Of a stretch of 64,000 bases of DNA, positions 1 through 14,341 are shown in pieces. The stretch comes from Octopus bimaculoides (Eukaryota): NCBI RefSeq assembly GCF_001194135.2, contig NC_068986.1, forward strand, positions 7,220,501-7,284,500. The letters run 5' to 3'. Every line of letters begins with the position of its first letter. The stretch's first letter is position 1. The notes below the pieces were generated by a model, which saw only the letters and a list, made by a program, of their open reading frames with translations, did not search any database and was not told the DNA's origin. The position numbers were made by a program, and so were the translations under genes.

Positions 1-699
1 AGTTCAATAATGGAAGGATATCACATCATGCAGTTTAATTCTCTACATTCTCATCTCTCATGTCTTTTCTGAATAAGGAGAGAGAGAGAGACAGACACAC
101 ACACACAAGGATTCTTTCAGTTTCCATTTCTTAAATTCACTCAAAAGGTTTTGCCTGGGCCCAAAGCTATAATAGAAGACAGCATGCCCAAGGTGTCACT
201 CTCAGGTCTATACCCTGAAGCCATGTGGTTGGGGCGGAAGCTTCTTATCCTTCCAGTCATGCATCTCCCCATTAATTTTTGCTTCATTGATATCCATAAA
301 CTCATTTTGTGCCTATGAAATATTAAAACATGACATTCCAATGACATTCTTCCAACTTCTTTTCTCTTACCTTATCTTATTCTTCCATTCATGTTATTTC
401 ACTCTTCTTTCTCAAAGTCTTTTCTATTTGTTAAATGAAATGTGTTTACTTTATTCAGTATCATCATTCAAGTCAATATTATCTCTTCTGGTTTGATGTT
501 ACTGTTTGATTTGTTGTATTATCTTCTTCCTTTACCAGACATCACTCCTACATCTTATCATAAACAACACATTCAACTTTGCACTAAATCCATTTACAAT
601 ATTCTATCACAGCTAACACTATTTCATGTTTTACTCTAGCTTCTGGAAATTAACTTTGATAATGATAAGAATGTTAACCAAATAAATATTACACCAGGA

Positions 700-1200
700 A
701 CTGCAACCATTAGACTGTATAGACTTTATTTCTTATTGTGGGTTGTAGTATGTGCAGTGTCTTCAGGTTCTGGGCATCAGGACAATAGAATAAGAGAAAT
801 CCTGAGAAAAGACGAACGGAAGGTAGGTTCAAGAAGTTGAATGATGTAAAAAAAAACAGGAAAAGAAAGGAAAAAAGAAAATAATAATAATTGTATGTTA
901 CTGTATGTGGTGTAAAATTGTTTTTTTTTCAAACTCCATATGTGGCGAGCCAATTTAGTGGCTTTACTTTTGTCCATGTGCTGGAGAGAAGATTGGTGGT
1001 TAGCATGGCAACTTTTGAAGTTGCTCCACATCACATACAGTCAAGTGGAAAATAATAGAAAAATTTATGTCATATGTTAATTGATCAACAAAATGCATGT
1101 TATGAGTAGCCAAAAGGTCACATATCCTTTTTAGATCTAAAAATTCCATGACAGTGTTGAATTCCAGATCAGAGATTTTCACCAAATGCAAACATAAGGA
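700..1200 (-). mobile_element. Penelope-like GIY-YIG fragment
   Basis: Minus-strand YVMWSNFKSCHANHQSSLQHMDKSKATKLARHIWSLKKKQ (~880-1045), same motif class as 61651-62151. Confidence 0.7.
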
Positions 1201-3246
1201 CAAGTTTGTTTTGGTGAATTGGAGAACACTGTCTTCTATGGATTGAGAAGCTGTATCACAGATTTTAGACCCCTTCTGTTAATTCCACACCCTCTAGTCT
1301 GATGACTCTAATTCCTTTTTCTGTTTTTTTCACCATTCCACTTTTTGAACCAGCCTTCATCTAATTTTTTCTCCTGATTTCTCATGTTCTGTCTTGATTT
1401 GTAACTTGTATAGGCCATGTTCCCAGAGCCTGAAGATTACTTGGAGACACTAGGCATGTTTTAAAACGTGCCTAGATAATATATTCTATATATGCAACTA
1501 TTAGTAGCTCACAACTATATACTGTGTACATTAAACAATATTTATCTCTCACCAGATGGAATACTTTTTTTGTTATCTTAATGGAAAAGTAAACTGTATA
1601 TATGTATGTGTGTGTGTGTGTGTGTGTATGTATAATCTTATGTTTTCAGTGTGCATATTTTAAAATGGTTTATAGATCTTTGTTTTGATTTGAATATCAG
1701 ACACTCAGAATCGGGCAATTTTTGATTTTTAATTATAAAGATGTTAATTATGCATGATATTTAATGATGTTAAAATTATCTAATAAAATAAAAGGAGATA
1801 TTTTTGACATAAGTACATTTCCTTCTCTTGCTGTTTGCACTTTGGTTTTAGTTTGTATTCTTTATTTGTTTGTAAGAAAGGAAGCAACTTTGACCATCTA
1901 CAAAATGGTACATGTATGAAATATAATGTGCATTTAACCCTTTTACTATCACAATTCTGTTGAAATACATTGTTTTGGTTTCAATACATGTTGAAACCAA
2001 TGAGGAATTTATTAAAATAGATTTGTCATTATTAAGCTGATATTTGGAATGCAAATCAATATGAAATTTTGATGGATAGTTTTAATTTGGATCACTTTAA
2101 AACATGGTGTTTGTCTCATATAATCAAAATAGTCTGAATGTGTTGGTTTGTAAATGGTTAATATATTATAACCATCATGTAGAAAAGGTAACATTATTAT
2201 AGTAAATTAAACTCTGCCTTGCACACTGAGTAACTTGGACAATATACATACATACATACGTGTGTGTGTGTGTATGTGTGCGTGTGCATAACTTGTAGTC
2301 ATGCTGTTCCAGATATGATTACTTACTAAAAAATGGGAAACATTTCTTATGTATAATGTCTACAGTTAATGTTTAAGTTTGAATTTTAGAAAAAAGTGCT
2401 TGTTATATCCTAATAAATATGGTAATTAAAAGCTTTGTTTGGAAGCCTCTGACAAAAATATCATCATTCAGCTCTAATTGATAGAGTGCTTTGAGTTCAG
2501 ATTATAAACTTCAGTGTAAGCATTTATGTCAGTTGGCAGCATACAAATGAAAGTATATCATCACAACTGATCATTTTTGTTTTAGTCGCCATTATGTTGT
2601 TAGAGAGTAGGAAAGCAATTAATATTTAATTCACAAGATATTAAGTGAACCATTATATATTTTGATGGCATACAAAGATAGTTTTTCTGTGAAATAATTG
2701 CAAAACCTGATCATTTTTCCCCCATAGCTATCTTTTATAGCTGTAGTAAAATATGTTTTATGAGATCCATCTTTATTAATTATTAATATTATGTATTAAA
2801 ATATCACCTTTGCTGTGTTTTTCATGTTTAAATTGTCTGAAACATGAAAGAGCAATATAGATGAATGAGTCGGAAATTAGCCAGAAAAGACTCACGATAG
2901 CATTGAACAGAATCGAAACCTGCCAAATAACAACCAAATTTTCATATGGAATGTATTTTTTTTTTTTTTGGATAATTTTCAGACAAGCATTTTATAAATT
3001 TATAGTAATGTACTCAATACTGACTTGAGAGTAAAAATTACAAATACTGTGTTACATACACACGTCATCATTAACACTTTTGTGCCTCTAAAGACCTGAA
3101 TTTAGAACTCGCTTGTGCCATATTCCTGGTAAAAGAATCTGATAATGCTTTTTCAGATCTTATTTTACTGAAAGTTAATGTTTTGTATTAAAAAAAAATA
3201 TTGTTATTAATTCCAAGCCAAAGATCTGGATATGTTTACAGATGTA

Positions 3247-3283
<37 letters not shown>

Positions 3284-3284
<1 letters not shown>

Positions 3285-4228
3285 TTCAGTAGTTTTATTT
3301 TTATAACGTGCTTTCACTTCACTACCGAGCGCAGCTCTGTGCGCCTTGGGTATGTGCTGTGGTTTGCTCTGGTGCTCTTATGTTTACTGTATTGAAAGTG
3401 TTTTGCGTAGAATGTGTGCAGTACCCAGTAGTGCAATTTTCTGTATGTTATATATATTTGTAAGTCCTGGTGTTTTTGTTATGTATGTGTCTGAATATTT
3501 TTTAATTATACCTAAGACACCTACTATGATNNNNNNNNNNNNNNNNNNNNNNNNNNNNNNNNNNNNNNNNNNNNNNNNNNNNNNNNNNNNNNNNNNNNNN
3601 NNNNNNNNNNNNNNNNNNNNNNNNNNNNNNNNNNNNNNNNNNNNNNNNNNNNNNNNNNNNNNNNNNNNNNNNNNNNNNNNNNNNNNNNNNNNNNNNNNNN
3701 NNNNNNNNNNNNNNNNNNNNNNNNNNNNNNNNNNNNNNNNNNNNNNNNNNNNNNNNNNNNNNNNNNNNNNNNNNNNNNNNNNNNNNNNNNNNNNNNNNNN
3801 NNNNNNNNNNNNNNNNNNNNNNNNNNNNNNNNNNNNNNNNNNNNNNNNNNNNNNNNNNNNNNNNNNNNNNNNNNNNNNNNNNNNNNNNNNNNNNNNNNNN
3901 NNNNNNNNNNNNNNNNNNNNNNNNNNNNNNNNNNNNNNNNNNNNNNNNNNNNNNNNNNNNNNNNNNNNNNNNNNNNNNNNNNNNNNNNNNNNNNNNTATT
4001 GTTTCTTGTCCATCTCCACATATTCTACAGTTACTTGTTATATTTCTTTTCATTATGTGTTTTTGGTAATTTCTGGTGGGGAGGCTCTGGTCTTGTGCAG
4101 TAATTAAAAATCCTTCAGTCTCTGCATTGAGTCCTGAGCTTCTCAGCCATTGCTGGGATTTTTCTCTGTCTATTTCTTTCGCATTTAGTTTAGCCCAGTA
4201 TTTACCATGTAGGGGCTTTTCTTGCCCC

Positions 4229-4229
<1 letters not shown>
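3284..4229 (-). mobile_element. 5'-truncated R4/Dong-like non-LTR element (zinc knuckle + RLE C-terminus)
   Basis: GLNAETEGFLITAQDQSLPTRNYQKHI..CRICG..ETI before the gap and IQKIALLGTAHILRKTLSIQ* after it; short 3' UTR ending in (AAT)n; second (AAT)n tract at the 5' junction. Confidence 0.85.
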
Positions 4230-4262
<33 letters not shown>

Positions 4263-4283
4263 CATTATTATTATTATTATTAT

Positions 4284-4480
4284 TAAAGTGATAAGCTGGC
4301 AGAAGTGTTAGCATGCTGGGCAAAATGCTTAGCAGCATTTCATCTGTCTTTATGTTCTGAGTTCAAATTCCACTGAGGCCAATTGGGGTCAATAAAATAA
4401 GTATCAGTTAAGCACTGGGGTTGATGTAATTAACTAGCCCCCTCCCTCAAAATTGCTGACCTTGTGCCAAAAATTGAAAC
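4284..4480 (+). mobile_element. tRNA-derived SINE, family A
   Basis: A-box-like ggcagaagtgttagc, B box gagttcaaattcc, ATT tail; homologs at 15884, 20168, 45223, 46405, 47765. Confidence 0.8.
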
Positions 4481-4739
4481 CATTATTATTATTTTTTCTG
4501 ATTAGCTACAGCTGAGTGAACCTTCATTAAATAGACCTATGGTTAAAATATTCCAACCATGGCTATCCTAACTTTCATTCAGTCACAGTGTATCTTGGGA
4601 TACATTATCCAAATATCATTTTAAAAAAATTGTAGGGTGTGATTTGTATTTCTAACTGATCAAGCGAAAACATGAAGGCTCTTTGTTGACTTAGAGACGT
4701 ATATAAACGTATATCCATTTCAAATTTGTATATGATATG

Positions 4740-4779
<40 letters not shown>

Positions 4780-4781
<2 letters not shown>

Positions 4782-4945
4782 ATGGAGTACATCTGCGCTG
4801 AGAGAAAAACTAGATATTAGAGGATTCAGTTGTCATGTGCAAGAGAGAAAACTGTGCTGGTACTGGCGCATGATGAAAGATGTATAAAGAAATACAAAGC
4901 ACTTGAATTAGATGCAAACTATGGAAAAGGGAGGAGCACTGCCCT
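4780..4945 (+). mobile_element. RTE-type LINE 3' coding relic
   Basis: LREKLDIRG..VQERKLCWY..GKGR resembles QERRLRWFGH..GRGRP. Confidence 0.45.
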
Positions 4946-6280
4946 TATGGTACTGACATTAGAATGTAAACAAAGGAGAAGTAGATTTGATTCCCACTAG
5001 ACTCTCATTTTTCACTTATACTTACATTTAATTTCAATTCCTGCATAATATTTCTGATAAAAAGTCTATATTTTAACATATGAACCTAGTTTACCGAATT
5101 CCTATAATTAAATTAAATATAAAAAATTTGATTTATGTAAATTATCGATATAATTGTTTTAATTATTAAGTTGTAAATCTGAAACAATTACAGTTTTGTT
5201 AATGATATATTAGCTCTTCTAACCTGCAATTAGAGAAATTTTGAAGGCAAAGAAGTATCACTTCAATTAATATTATTAAGGTTCTTGACAAAGCTAAACA
5301 ATGAAATAGTTCCCATCTTGATGTTTCCCTCTCATTTATTCCAACTTGTCTTATCTCCTCAGTTGGTTATGAGGTAATACTGACATTGACCAGTGTCCAT
5401 TGTAGGGGTGGATCTCTGTAGACACTATGCAGAGAGACAGGGAGATTTGATTTTTGATATTTCAGAATTCATACAGTCATTTATTAAGTATTATAATGTT
5501 TTCAATTAAATGATTTAAATTAAATCCCCAATTTGTGTCTCATTTCAGAATAGGTGCCATTTTCAAAGAATTGGCCACTAGAAGTAGCTACTTGAGTTTG
5601 ATATATTTGAAAGTGAGAAAAAAAATTAATTGGATTCCTTAGAAAAGAATAGGCAAATTAAAAATATCAATAATAATAATGGGTATAGAAGCTGTTGAAG
5701 CTGAATATTCTTCTAAATCATAATAAGAAACCTGGTCTTTTATGAGAAAGGAAATGATGCTTCTGTGAGATTGCATCATCTGTGGCACAATTGAAGAAAT
5801 ATCTAAACGTATCAAATATTATTTCATTCATAAAAATAACTGAATCATGGGTAATATGTTAACCAGTTATTAAGAAATTTATTAAATGAGAGTATGACCA
5901 CTGTCCAGTTTTCAATCTTCCTCCATGTTGTAACATTTCCCTCATTACCTCTTTTTATTAGAATATTTGTTGAAATACACTGGCTTTGTTTCAATTAATT
6001 TTGAAAATAATGATGAATTTAGTAAAATAACATTGTTGTTATTAAACTGGTGACTGAGACATAAATTAACATGGAATTTTGATTGAAGAATTTTAATTTT
6101 AGATCATTTTAAAACAGGAAGTTTGTATCAGAGAACCAGGAATGGTCTTTGGTGGGTTGGTATCATGGGTTGGTATCAAAATGGTGAAGCTCTTCACTTT
6201 GTTCTCAAACATAATTAGAAAACTTCTTCCAACTATTAATGATTCTTCAATAAAATTGTCTGTATATTCTTTTATCATTT

Positions 6281-6385
6281 TTTATCCTTTAGTCCAACAT
6301 TATATTTTATTCTTTAGTCCAACACTATATTTTATTCTTTAGTTCTACACTACATTTTATTCAAGTCCTACTTTACACTTTATTC
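6281..6385. repeat. ~25-bp tandem repeat, 4 copies
   Basis: Recurring attttattctttagtccaacact units. Confidence 0.6.
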
Positions 6386-7854
6386 ATTATGTAAAACACA
6401 CAAAAGTAGTCAACAGTAAACGTTCACATGATATAAATTCCTTCAAGTATACAGAAGCATTTCTAGAAGTAGATGACTGAGTCTGACTTAATTGGTAAAA
6501 ACGGGGAGCAACCAGGTAAAAGGAGCCATTACATTTCCTAGAAACAAAGAAGTTTTAGTAAAGGACAAATTGTCTGGTATTTGTGTACAAAATGTGATGT
6601 AAAGTAGTAAAACTTGGATGTTGAATACCAAGGATATATAAAAGGCTGGAAAGAAAGTAGGTGAGTCTGCTTCACTGGATCTTTAACCATCATCAGTTAA
6701 CCTCTGTTCTCCATGCTGGCATAGGTCAGATGGTTTGACAGGAATTGGCTGGCCACACTGCTGCATTGTGCTCTACTGTCAGCTTTGACATGGTCTATAT
6801 GGCCAGATGCCTGTCTTAACACTAACCACTTTATAGTGTGTACAGTGAGGTTGCCAAGTAACTTGAAAGACAAGAAAGGAAAAGGGAAAACCTCCCATGG
6901 TTAAAGTGGGGGTAGTATTTGAGATGGAGGGGGGGGAGATGTGGCCTTGTGCCAAGTGTTGAGGATAGGTTTAAAGTATGATAGAGGGACAGGCACAAGT
7001 GTTTTGCTATAATGTTAGTGAGCAATGTGAATAACAGAGCATAAATGAACTGAGTGAACGACTATGTATAATAGGAATCAGATGTAATGTGCCAGAGGGA
7101 AGGCGGCACTAAGATAAACGTGTGATGTATATGGCAGTGAGTGACAGTTTGGAAAAGAAATGATAAGTGATCTGGGTGGAAGGCACCTGAAGAAAAGAAA
7201 GCCTGATGAGGGATGAGGAAGATATAGGAAGAAGTGGTGATTGCTAGTTTATATGAAGGAGATGACAAAAGACAATAACAAGTGGCAAGGCACATGTAAG
7301 AATGGAAAAGAGAAATAGATGTGAAGATGATGATGATATTTAACCCCAAATAGAAGATGAAATATTACAGTAGATACAAAGGATGTGATATACAATAAAA
7401 CATTATTTTATTCTGTAATAAATGCAGAATGGAAATATATATTCTCCACTTACCATTAACAAGATACTTTGACTATTAGAAATTTAAGTGGCAAGATAAA
7501 AATTGTCAGGAAATGGCACTTGAAAGTGTAATAGAAGTGAATGTGGCATTCTACCTGAATGTTGGTGGTGTATATCTATACATTTGTGTGTGTGTGTGTG
7601 TGGTGTAAATGTCTAGCTATTACATGCATTCAGTATGAAAAAGACATGGAAAGTAATGAAATTTTGTTGTTGATGTACAATATTCTATTGATTACAGAAT
7701 GTGTAGAATGGGGGGTTTCAGCAATGTTGTATGGAAGGAGCTGTTAGTTATGTAAACTATTTAGCTGTGAGGGTGGGAATGCTGAAACCATAGTAACCAG
7801 AGCTTTTAACCCCTGGTCGTTTGTATCATCACTATGTGCAATAATGTTGATATA

Positions 7855-9160
7855 TGAGGGGGTGCCCTAAAATAATCAGAAACGTTTTCTGTGGAGCAAG
7901 CCAGTTGTAGTTCAGACATCCACCACTAGAGGCCACTTGATGCAGCCCTCAGGCATCAGTATGCCAACCTGTGTTGTCAGTTGAAGTCATACTGCCATCT
8001 TGTGTGTCTTCGTTTTGCAGTGCTTTTCCCCTGTTTGTCGATTTTTGCAATGGCTGAATGAAGAAACGGCATACTTCTGTGAAATTCTGTCTTTTGCTGG
8101 GGAAAACGGTGACTGAAACAGTTGTCATGCTTCAAACAGTTTACAAGTATGCTGCCATGAGCAAAACAAGTTTCTGAGTGGTTTTTACGCTTTAGGAATG
8201 GTCACTTGTCACTTGATGACCAACCTCATTCAGGACAATCATTGACCTCCCAAATGAATGAAAATATTATGGAAATTCATGAACTGATCTTGGAGGACCA
8301 TTGCCAAACAACTGACAAACTTGTTGATATGACTGGTGTGTCCTGGAGCTCCTGCCAATGAATTTTGAATAAGGAATTGTGAATAAAAAGAGTTGCAGCA
8401 AAATTTGTGACTCTCTTGCTCACAGAAGATCAAAAGCAGTCATGAGTGAATGCATGTTGTGAACTGAAAGAAGAGTTAGAAGTTGATCTGTACCTTTTTT
8501 TTGAAGGTCATCACTGGTGATGAAAGGTGGCGCTGTGGCTGTGACCCAGAAACAGAGCAGCAATCAAGTTAGTGGAAGGTCACCATGCTCCAAAAACGCA
8601 TGTCAAGTGAAATCCAATGTCAAGACGATGCGGATTTATTTCATTGATGCAAAAGGAATTGTCCACACAGAATTTGTTCCTCCTGGTCAAACTGTTAACC
8701 AGACATTTTACTTGGCAATTCTGAAGTGTTTGAAAGATGCAGTGAGATGAAAATGCCCCAACCTATGGCAAAGTGGAGAGTGGTGGTTTCATCACGACAA
8801 TGCACCCTGTCTTGAGTGTGAGACAGTTTTTGACCAAAAATGGCATGACCCTGTTTACCCACCCTCCCTATTCACCTGATCTTGCTCCATGCAACTTATT
8901 TTTGTTCTTCCAAATAAAAAAAAAGTCTTTAAAGGAAAACGTTTTGCAGGTGTGGAAGAGGTGAAGTAGAAAACGATGGAGGCATTAAAAGGCCTCACTT
9001 CCCAAGAGTTCTAGGACTGTTTCAAACAGTGGAAAATGTGTCTGGACTGATGCATTGCTTGAAATGGAGAATACTTTGAAGACGATAAATGTGTAAACAT
9101 GTAGAACTAAGGGAATAAAATAATATTGCAAAATTCTGGTTTCTTTTCGTTACCCCCTTG
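7855..9160 (+). mobile_element. Full-length decayed mariner transposon (~1.3 kb)
   Basis: TA-flanked imperfect TIRs (tgaggggggtgccctaaaataatcagaa / ttctggtttcttttcgttacccccttg). Broken transposase with KFCLLLGKT, HTEFVPPGQTVN, HDNAP and HPPYSPDLAPCN. Confidence 0.92.
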
Positions 9161-9325
9161 TAATTGTCTATTAATTTCTGATTGATTATTTTGGATGAAC
9201 TAATTTGGTCACTGAGTAAATCCGTGGGTGCAACTTCACATTGCTGGCATGCCACAAATGTGTATATTATATGGATATTTACTTTATATGGATATTCACT
9301 TTATATGGATATTTACTCTACATAT

Positions 9326-9569
9326 AACTCTTTTACTCTTTTATTTGTTTCAGTCATTTGACTGCGGCCATGCTGGAGCACCGCCTTTAGTCGAGCAAAT
9401 CGACCCCCAGGACTTATTCTTTGGAAGCCTAGTACTTATTCTATCGGTCTCTTTTGCCGAACCGCTAAGTTACGGGGACGTAAACACACCAGTTGTCAAG
9501 CGATGGTGGGGGGACAAACACAGACACACAAACACGCACACACACACACAAACACACATACATATATGT

Positions 9570-9600
<31 letters not shown>
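9326..9600 (-). mobile_element. SINE-like repeat family C with microsatellite ends
   Basis: tttcagtcatttgactgcggccatgctggagcaccgcc..; relic at ~33690-33790. Confidence 0.7.
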
Positions 9601-9930
9601 NNNNNNNNNNNNNNNNNNNNNNNNNNNNNNNNNNNNNNNNNNNNNNNNNNNNNNNNNNNNNNNNNNNNNNNNNNNNNNNNNNNNNNNNNNNNNNNNNNNN
9701 NNNNNNNNNNNNNNNNNNNNNNNNNNNNNNNNNNNNNNNNNNNNNNNNNNNNNNNNNNNNNNNNNNNNNNNNNNNNNNNNNNNNNNNNNNNNNNNNNNNN
9801 NNNNNNNNNNNNNNNNNNNNNNNNNNNNNNNNNNNNNNNTTTCTATTTCTTGATAGATCAATCAGATGGATATTGAAATGGAAAACATAAGGGCACATGC
9901 GTGCACACACACACGCACACGCACACACGC

Positions 9931-9978
<48 letters not shown>

Positions 9979-10534
9979 GAAAATTATTATTGAAGAACTT
10001 ATTGAATTCACTGATTTCTAAGCCTCCAGAATGTTTTATTAATAGCTTGGCATTCTAAAAACCTAAGCTTATTATCCTATCATTTTCTCCATTCCTGTAA
10101 CCACCACAAATAATGTCTCTTTCTCTGTATTTCTATTGTTTAAGTCACTTGTTTCGGAAAAGCTACCTTCAATGAAAGTCTATTCTTCAAAACACAAAAG
10201 CTAATAATTTTTTAACACAATAGCAGCTTTGCACACACAATATACATGTTTCATACATAAACACAGTCTCTCTCTCTCTCTTTCTGTTTTTGTCTTGCGC
10301 TATGGAAGTTGCTTAAAATAAATTATAAATTATTGAAGCAGGTTATACATTTGTGCTATAAATCACTTTATTGATTACATTTTGTAATAATGAAATTATT
10401 ATTTTATATCTGCATCCTAAAGACTGCTCTGCTTCATCAACTTCTACCTTGCCATCTTAGACCTTTGCATAAATCGACTCTAATCACACTCCAAGATATG
10501 CAATCATTCCTTATCCTCTGTCATGTTACACACG

Positions 10535-10575
<41 letters not shown>

Positions 10576-11041
10576 TCACTCACTCACTCACTCACTCACT
10601 CACTCACTCACTCACTCACTCACTCACTCACTCACTCNNNNNNNNNNNNNNNNNNNNNNNNNNNNNNNNNNNNNNNNNNNNNNNNNNNNNNNNNNNNNNN
10701 NNNNNNNNNNNNNNNNNNNNNNNNNNNNNNNNNNNNNNNNNNNNNNNNNNNNNNNNNNNNNNNNNNNNNNNNNNNNNNNNNNNNNNNNNNNNNNNNNNNN
10801 NNNNNNNNNNNNNNNNNNNNNNNNNNNNNNNNNNNNNNNNNNNNNNNNNNNNNNNNNNNNNNNNNNNNNNNNNNNNNNNNNNNNNNNNNNNNNNNNNNNN
10901 NNNNNNNNNNNNNNNNNNNNNNNNNNNNNNNNNNNNNNNNNNNNNNNNNNNNNNNNNNNNNNNNNNNNNNNNNNNNNNNNNNNNNNNNNNNNNNNNNNNN
11001 NNNNNNNNNNNNNNNNNNNNNNNNNNNNNNNNNNNNNNNNN

Positions 11042-11110
<69 letters not shown>

Positions 11111-11916
11111 AAATGGAGAGCAGCACTACTTTTTCCAAATATATATTAAAAAATGTCATCTTAAAACCTGACTATTAAAAAAATAACAGCTTTTCAGTTT
11201 TATGGATCTAGTTGTTTATTGCATTTTTGAAATTTTGTAAAACGATCTCTGTTCTTCTTTCACCTCTCATTCCTCTGATTTCAATGTAAACTACAGATCT
11301 GATGTAGCTTTGCTTTCTTGTCTTTATACAGTCAGCGTTGGCTTGAATCAAATTCTGTTTGATCAACAGATATGTGACATCTATAGAGCAAGCAGAGTTA
11401 ATGGAGAAAGATAAATATCTATGTGTTTGTTCATACACACCAACACACAGATCTGTTGATGTGTACAACAATATTATTTACCACACCAACACATTTTTAT
11501 GTGTGATGGCATTGCATGTGTGTTACGAAACCTTAGCTTTCTAAAAACTCTGCTTATTTATTGTCTGCTTAGTGTGAATAGGGTTTGCTTTTCAAATCAA
11601 AATAACTTTCATAGTCTTCCTATGATACTCACCCCTAATTATCTAGTGGAGTTTACTATTTAGACTATCATAGTGTAATGTTAAATCTCTGAACGAGGTG
11701 TTAACAGTAACTGCACGATAAAGTGACATCCACCCTTAGGGGTCAGCCACATTTAAATGGCAAATATACTTCACTATCATAGTGTATTTTCTATTAAAAA
11801 CCCATATATAATACTCTCCCACCTTGTAGACATATTGCTGATGATGTTTTCACATTGGTATGCATGGCAAAGTAAATTTATATAATGGGGTGAGTGTGCT
11901 AAGCAGTGATAAGTAA

Positions 11917-12100
11917 AAATGCAATGTTAACCCCAGTTCAAATATGCTAAAAGCACGTTTGGTCTTGTAAACAAGCCACTCACCATGTTTTGTCATGGAG
12001 AAAATTTCTCAGTGGAAAACATGACAAAACATGGTGAATGGCTTGTTTACAAGTCCAAATCTGCTTTTTGAATATTCAAACTGGTGTTGACATTGTAAAT
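11917..12100. repeat. Hairpin/MITE-like inverted repeat
   Basis: Core arms 11964-11997 and 12020-12053 (34 bp, 1 mismatch), with degenerate pairing ~45 bp further out. Confidence 0.75.
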
Positions 12101-14303
12101 TTATGTAATACACTGGATAACCTTGAGTATGAACTCTTGTCCAAACAGTTGCTATTGAGTGTGGTCTTAGTGTATATTCCATCTGTTTTAGCTCTGAAGG
12201 TGTTTGCAGTGTTACTTCTGTGAATAGCTGTTATCAGAAAGAGAGTAGCATCACTTTGCTTTTTATAGGTTTTTGCATTTTTAAGGGCTTATAAACAATG
12301 TTATGCACTTCACAATGGAATGCAAAGCCAGTTATCCTTCTTGTGTATTTTAATCATCAAATAAGATCAAATAAGACACTGACATCAACATCAACAACCA
12401 CTACAAACCAACAGTCTCTGAACAATGCTTACTATTTATTTTTGTCTGCTGAACCATACTAAGGCAAATATAACCATTTAATGTAGTGCAAAGAATGTGT
12501 TCAAACATTTTGAAATTTGAAATAAAAGTACCCTACAAAGTTAATTGACAATGGAATGGAATCTGCCAAAGCAATAGACCTTCAAAATTTACAAAAAAAA
12601 AAAAAAAAATTCCAGCACACTAAATATTCCAAATTATTTTGCATCACACAACCAAAGAAATATAGAAACATACAACATTAGCCATGCAAACATTCTGCTT
12701 TACTCCTTTTTTCTTTTGTCAGTCATTTACTCTCCCCTACCCACTCTTTATTCACTGTTCATGACATCCACCTTGTAACCCTACCTGGCCTCTATGGTCA
12801 TTCCCTTTCCTTCTCTACCTTCCCTCCATTGTATATATCTCTCAACATTTGTATTTCATTCATTATATTCATTGGCTCATTCATTCCTCCTCTCTAAACA
12901 CCCCTCTCTCTCTCCCCAGACACCCTTGCAACCTCTGTCCACCCATACTCTCTGTTCTTCTGTCCCCACTCATTTCTATTCCCCTTCTTGTACCTTGAGG
13001 GCCCAACCTGAAACCTTGTCACCACTATTTTATCTCACTTTTCAGGTCCACCCCACTTACTACCACCTTCTCCTCTCTAATGCAAGTAGCCCTGTAGCTG
13101 TTCTACAGCAGGAAAAACACTCTTCTGTTCTGACCCCTTCTGCCTTACTTTAACTTCTTATCTTTTAGCAGTCTTGTTGGATACTGTCAAATTGTCTAGT
13201 CTATGCCCTATTAAAACATGATGTGTGCACACACACACACACACTCACACACACTTGCACACATACACACACACACACACACTCACTCACTCACTCACAC
13301 ACACACCACACACACACACACACACACGTGTATATCTATCCATTTATATATGTATATGCACATATAAATATCCCAGAATACCTTTAATGGAAAGATTTTC
13401 TTTGAATTCTATCAAATTCTAAACAACAAATTAAAGTTCGTTAAATGAAAATAATACTCAATTATTTTGGGTTGTTTGAACAATGCCTTAATTCTTTCCT
13501 ATGTTTTCTCTTTCCTGATATATTCCTAGAGTTACTTTCAATGGAGTAAGTTTGTTTTACGTGCACTAATAATGAAATATCTAACCAAAATAATGAATAA
13601 ATTGTTGTTTGCTGTTTGATTCACATATCTAAATGTAAGCTAGGGTTGAGAAGTGTGGAAAAATACAGAAAATAGGCAGGATGAGAAAGAAGACAAGAAA
13701 AGAGCATATAGAAAAAAAAAATGATCATTGGAAAAAGATGTTATGGGTTGATAGGATTCCCTAAGAGTATGAAATTTCCATAGTGCTTTTCGTTTTGCTT
13801 GTTTCTTTTTTCCCATTCACATTGGGAAAGTTGATATATTTATGTTATTGCTATCATTTTTAACTGTCAATTCTATTAGACTGTTTCTAAAAAAAAAAAA
13901 AAAAAAAAGACAAAAAGAAACAAAACTGAAATTTAACCACCACTATTGCTGTCATCCTCCTCCCATCCTCCTCTTCCTTCCCCATCATTATTTCTTTATT
14001 ATATCCTTTGTTCTATTATTTTGTAATATCAGCTTCCATTTTGATAATTTCATCATGCAGAAAATATATCAAAATGCCTTTTGATTTTGTTTTTGTTTTT
14101 TAAAAATTTTTTTCTTATTTTCTCAAATAACTTAAGTGAATTTCAATCTTTAATATTTACCACCCGTGTAAAAGGTAAAAGAAAAAAAAACAAACAAACA
14201 ATCCAACAATTTTGGAATTCTTTTAACTTTTTATTTATTCATTTTTCCCCTTGGAAATACAATGATCATGCTACAGCAGAAATTTAATATGGAAATATAG
14301 GTT

Positions 14304-14341
<38 letters not shown>

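Noticed and set aside
715-775. Minus-strand CTGAAGA near the first Penelope fragment
   Set aside because: An actgca/tgcagt stem exists but no GAAA follows it.
3346-11149. Long ORFs spanning N runs and CA/TA/CT repeats (also near 23300 and 49986-50455)
   Set aside because: Length comes from gaps or stop-free microsatellites; only the R4-like parts are real coding relics.
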